This document shows positions 18,109 to 19,563 of a stretch of DNA of 19,563 bases, one piece after another. The position numbers were made by a program, and so were the translations under genes. The stretch is taken from positions 1-19,563 of the forward strand of contig JBJXGI010000038.1 of assembly GCA_046153645.1 (NCBI GenBank), in the 5' to 3' direction. Positions within the stretch are counted from its first letter, which is position 1, and every line of letters begins with the position of its first letter. The stretch comes from Elusimicrobiota bacterium. GTDB lineage: Bacteria; Elusimicrobiota; Elusimicrobia; F11. Below the pieces are notes generated by a model. The model saw nothing but the letters and a program-made list of their open reading frames with translations, was not told where the DNA came from and did not search any database.

Positions 18109-19245
18109 TTAAGATGAGGGGGCAACTATTTGTAAAAATCGCTCTGGGGAAAAAGGAGTTGGATCTACATCAAATTTGGCCCCTAATACAAAAGACGTCA
18201 TCAGCTTCGCTGTAATAGGTGCTAATAAAATACCATTACGAAAATGCCCTGCTGCAACAAGTAAATGAGGTATAGAAAAAATAGGTCCTAAGGCGGGTAA
18301 TTCATCTGGCGATTTTGGTCGAAGTCCTGAGGTCATTTTTATCTTTTTTGTTTTAGAGAAATGAGGAAAAAGGGTTTTAGAAAAATGACTAATCACTTCT
18401 TCTCCCTCAGATGTGGTTTCGTTATTAAAACCAGCGCGTTCAACTGTTGTTCCCGCTAATGTGAATTGGTCTTTTTTGGGAGCAATATACCCACCTGATT
18501 TGGTATAGACGGGAAAGGGCACTTCATTTTTAGGAGTCGAGTAAACCACCAATTGACCTCGGATGGGTTCAATCCCAAGTCGAAACCCAAGCGGTTCCAA
18601 TAACAAATCTGACCAAGCGCCCGCACATACCAAAACCCAACTTGCTTCTATGAGTTCATTATCAACCAAAACCCCAGTGACATCTTTTTTATTTTTTTCG
18701 ATTGAAATTTTCTTGTGATTTAGAGAAAACTGTGCGCCTTTGAGTTCTGCACCTTTTTGAAGAGCCTCAAGAAATTTTTCACCATTAACTTGCCCATCTT
18801 CTTCATAAAAAATAGCACCAAACATCGTGAGTGATAAATTTGGTAAACGTTCTTTCAATTCTTTAGGAGGGAGCCATTCAATTCCAAGACCTAGTTTCTT
18901 TTGCCGCATCGCCTCTTTCTGGAGTGTATCTGACTCATATTCATTGAGCGCAATTTGCAAAATTCCCTTTTGTTCAAATTGAAAATCGATTTTTGTTAGC
19001 TCTTGTATTTCTTTGGAAAGGAGGGGAAACAAATTCATACTGGCTTGGGCGAGGGAATAAAAAGGTTCCCCGCGGTGAGCATCTAATTGAAATTCCAACA
19101 TAGCGGCAGAATTTTTAGAAGCTGATTTATGTGCCTCAGCGTTGTCGACGATCAATACACGTTTACCGGCTTTAGCTAATTCATAAGCACAAGTACTGCC
19201 TATAATGCCTGAACCAAGAATGATAACGTCAAACTTATTACTCAT
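18109..19245 (-). CDS. FAD-dependent glycine oxidase ThiO-like / DAO-family oxidoreductase (378 aa)
   Basis: DVIILGSGIIG Rossmann motif, ASKNSAAML, PIRGQ, GLRP and GHFRNGILLAPITA. Start placed at ATG 19245 (MSNKFDV), overlapping the mnmA stop. Confidence 0.88.
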   Translation of the reverse strand: MSNKFDVIILGSGIIGSTCAYELAKAGKRVLIVDNAEAHKSASKNSAAMLEFQLDAHRGEPFYSLAQASMNLFPLLSKEIQELTKIDFQFEQKGILQIALNEYESDTLQKEAMRQKKLGLGIEWLPPKELKERLPNLSLTMFGAIFYEEDGQVNGEKFLEALQKGAELKGAQFSLNHKKISIEKNKKDVTGVLVDNELIEASWVLVCAGAWSDLLLEPLGFRLGIEPIRGQLVVYSTPKNEVPFPVYTKSGGYIAPKKDQFTLAGTTVERAGFNNETTSEGEEVISHFSKTLFPHFSKTKKIKMTSGLRPKSPDELPALGPIFSIPHLLVAAGHFRNGILLAPITAKLMTSFVLGAKFDVDPTPFSPERFLQIVAPSS

Positions 19246-19563
19246 ATGGAATTCCGGCCGTAATTTTACCACCGCCCAGGACTTCGCGGGCATTTTTTTG
19301 TGCGTCAAATTGATAAAAAACAGCTGCTTGACCCGGCGTCACCGCTCTTTGAGGTTCTTTAAACTTTACTTTGACTTGATTTCCATCAACGTGAAGAAAT
19401 GCAGGCGCGGGTTCATGCTTATAACGAATTTTAACAAGTGCTTCAAAGTTTTCAGAAGGAGCCTGACCGGAAATCCAATTAACTTCTGTTGCATTCAAAC
19501 CTGATGCGAAGTTTTTCATTTCCGATCCCACCACCATCGTGTTTGTTTTGGGGTCTAAACGTG
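19238..19563 (-). CDS. mnmA: tRNA-specific 2-thiouridylase MnmA, C-terminal part (5'-truncated by the window)
   Basis: Frame open to the right edge (RLDPKTNTMVVG...). VNWISG, VKIRYKH, FKEPQRAVTPGQAAVFY and VLGGGKI are typical of the MnmA C-terminal domain. Confidence 0.93.
   Translation of the reverse strand, partial: RLDPKTNTMVVGSEMKNFASGLNATEVNWISGQAPSENFEALVKIRYKHEPAPAFLHVDGNQVKVKFKEPQRAVTPGQAAVFYQFDAQKNAREVLGGGKITAGIPYE

Noticed and set aside
13543..19245. Four consecutive minus-strand genes share one reading frame (gaps of 6, 33 and 6 bp), suggesting read-through or a split giant gene
   Set aside because: The stops are TAA/TAG, the 33-bp gap holds an extra in-frame TGA, and each product is a complete independent family. 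Chance is sufficient.
11390..19504. Short nested ORFs (11390, 11860, 12044, 12776, 12784, 15690, 17601, 19205)
   Set aside because: They overlap longer, motif-supported genes and have no independent evidence.

Overview
AT-rich bacterial chromosomal window with 12 protein-coding genes. I found no rRNA, tRNA, CRISPR array or mobile element. The + strand carries the 3' part of a very large multi-domain membrane protein (ORF open from the left edge, at least 1793 aa), then a sigma70-type promoter with two degenerate CIRCE boxes, groES-groEL, an intrinsic terminator, valS and an orphan MerR-HTH/receiver regulator. The - strand carries a tightly packed convergent operon: mnmA (3' part), a ThiO/DAO-family FAD oxidase, a clan GH-A glycoside hydrolase, an Agl23/TIGR03663-like GT-C membrane protein fused to PA14, a 'DLPQH' polytopic membrane protein, a membrane-anchored PA14 protein and a second 'DLPQH' paralog. 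The best candidates for new biology are (i) the five-gene putative extracytoplasmic glycosylation module, (ii) the giant protein, which has a Tiki/TraB-like motif and degenerate zincin-like motifs, and (iii) the oxidase coupled to mnmA, which may act in tRNA U34 modification. A GroEL indel and the giant-protein style suggest Elusimicrobiota or a similar lineage (inference). All family calls come from recognising motifs by eye; no searches were run.
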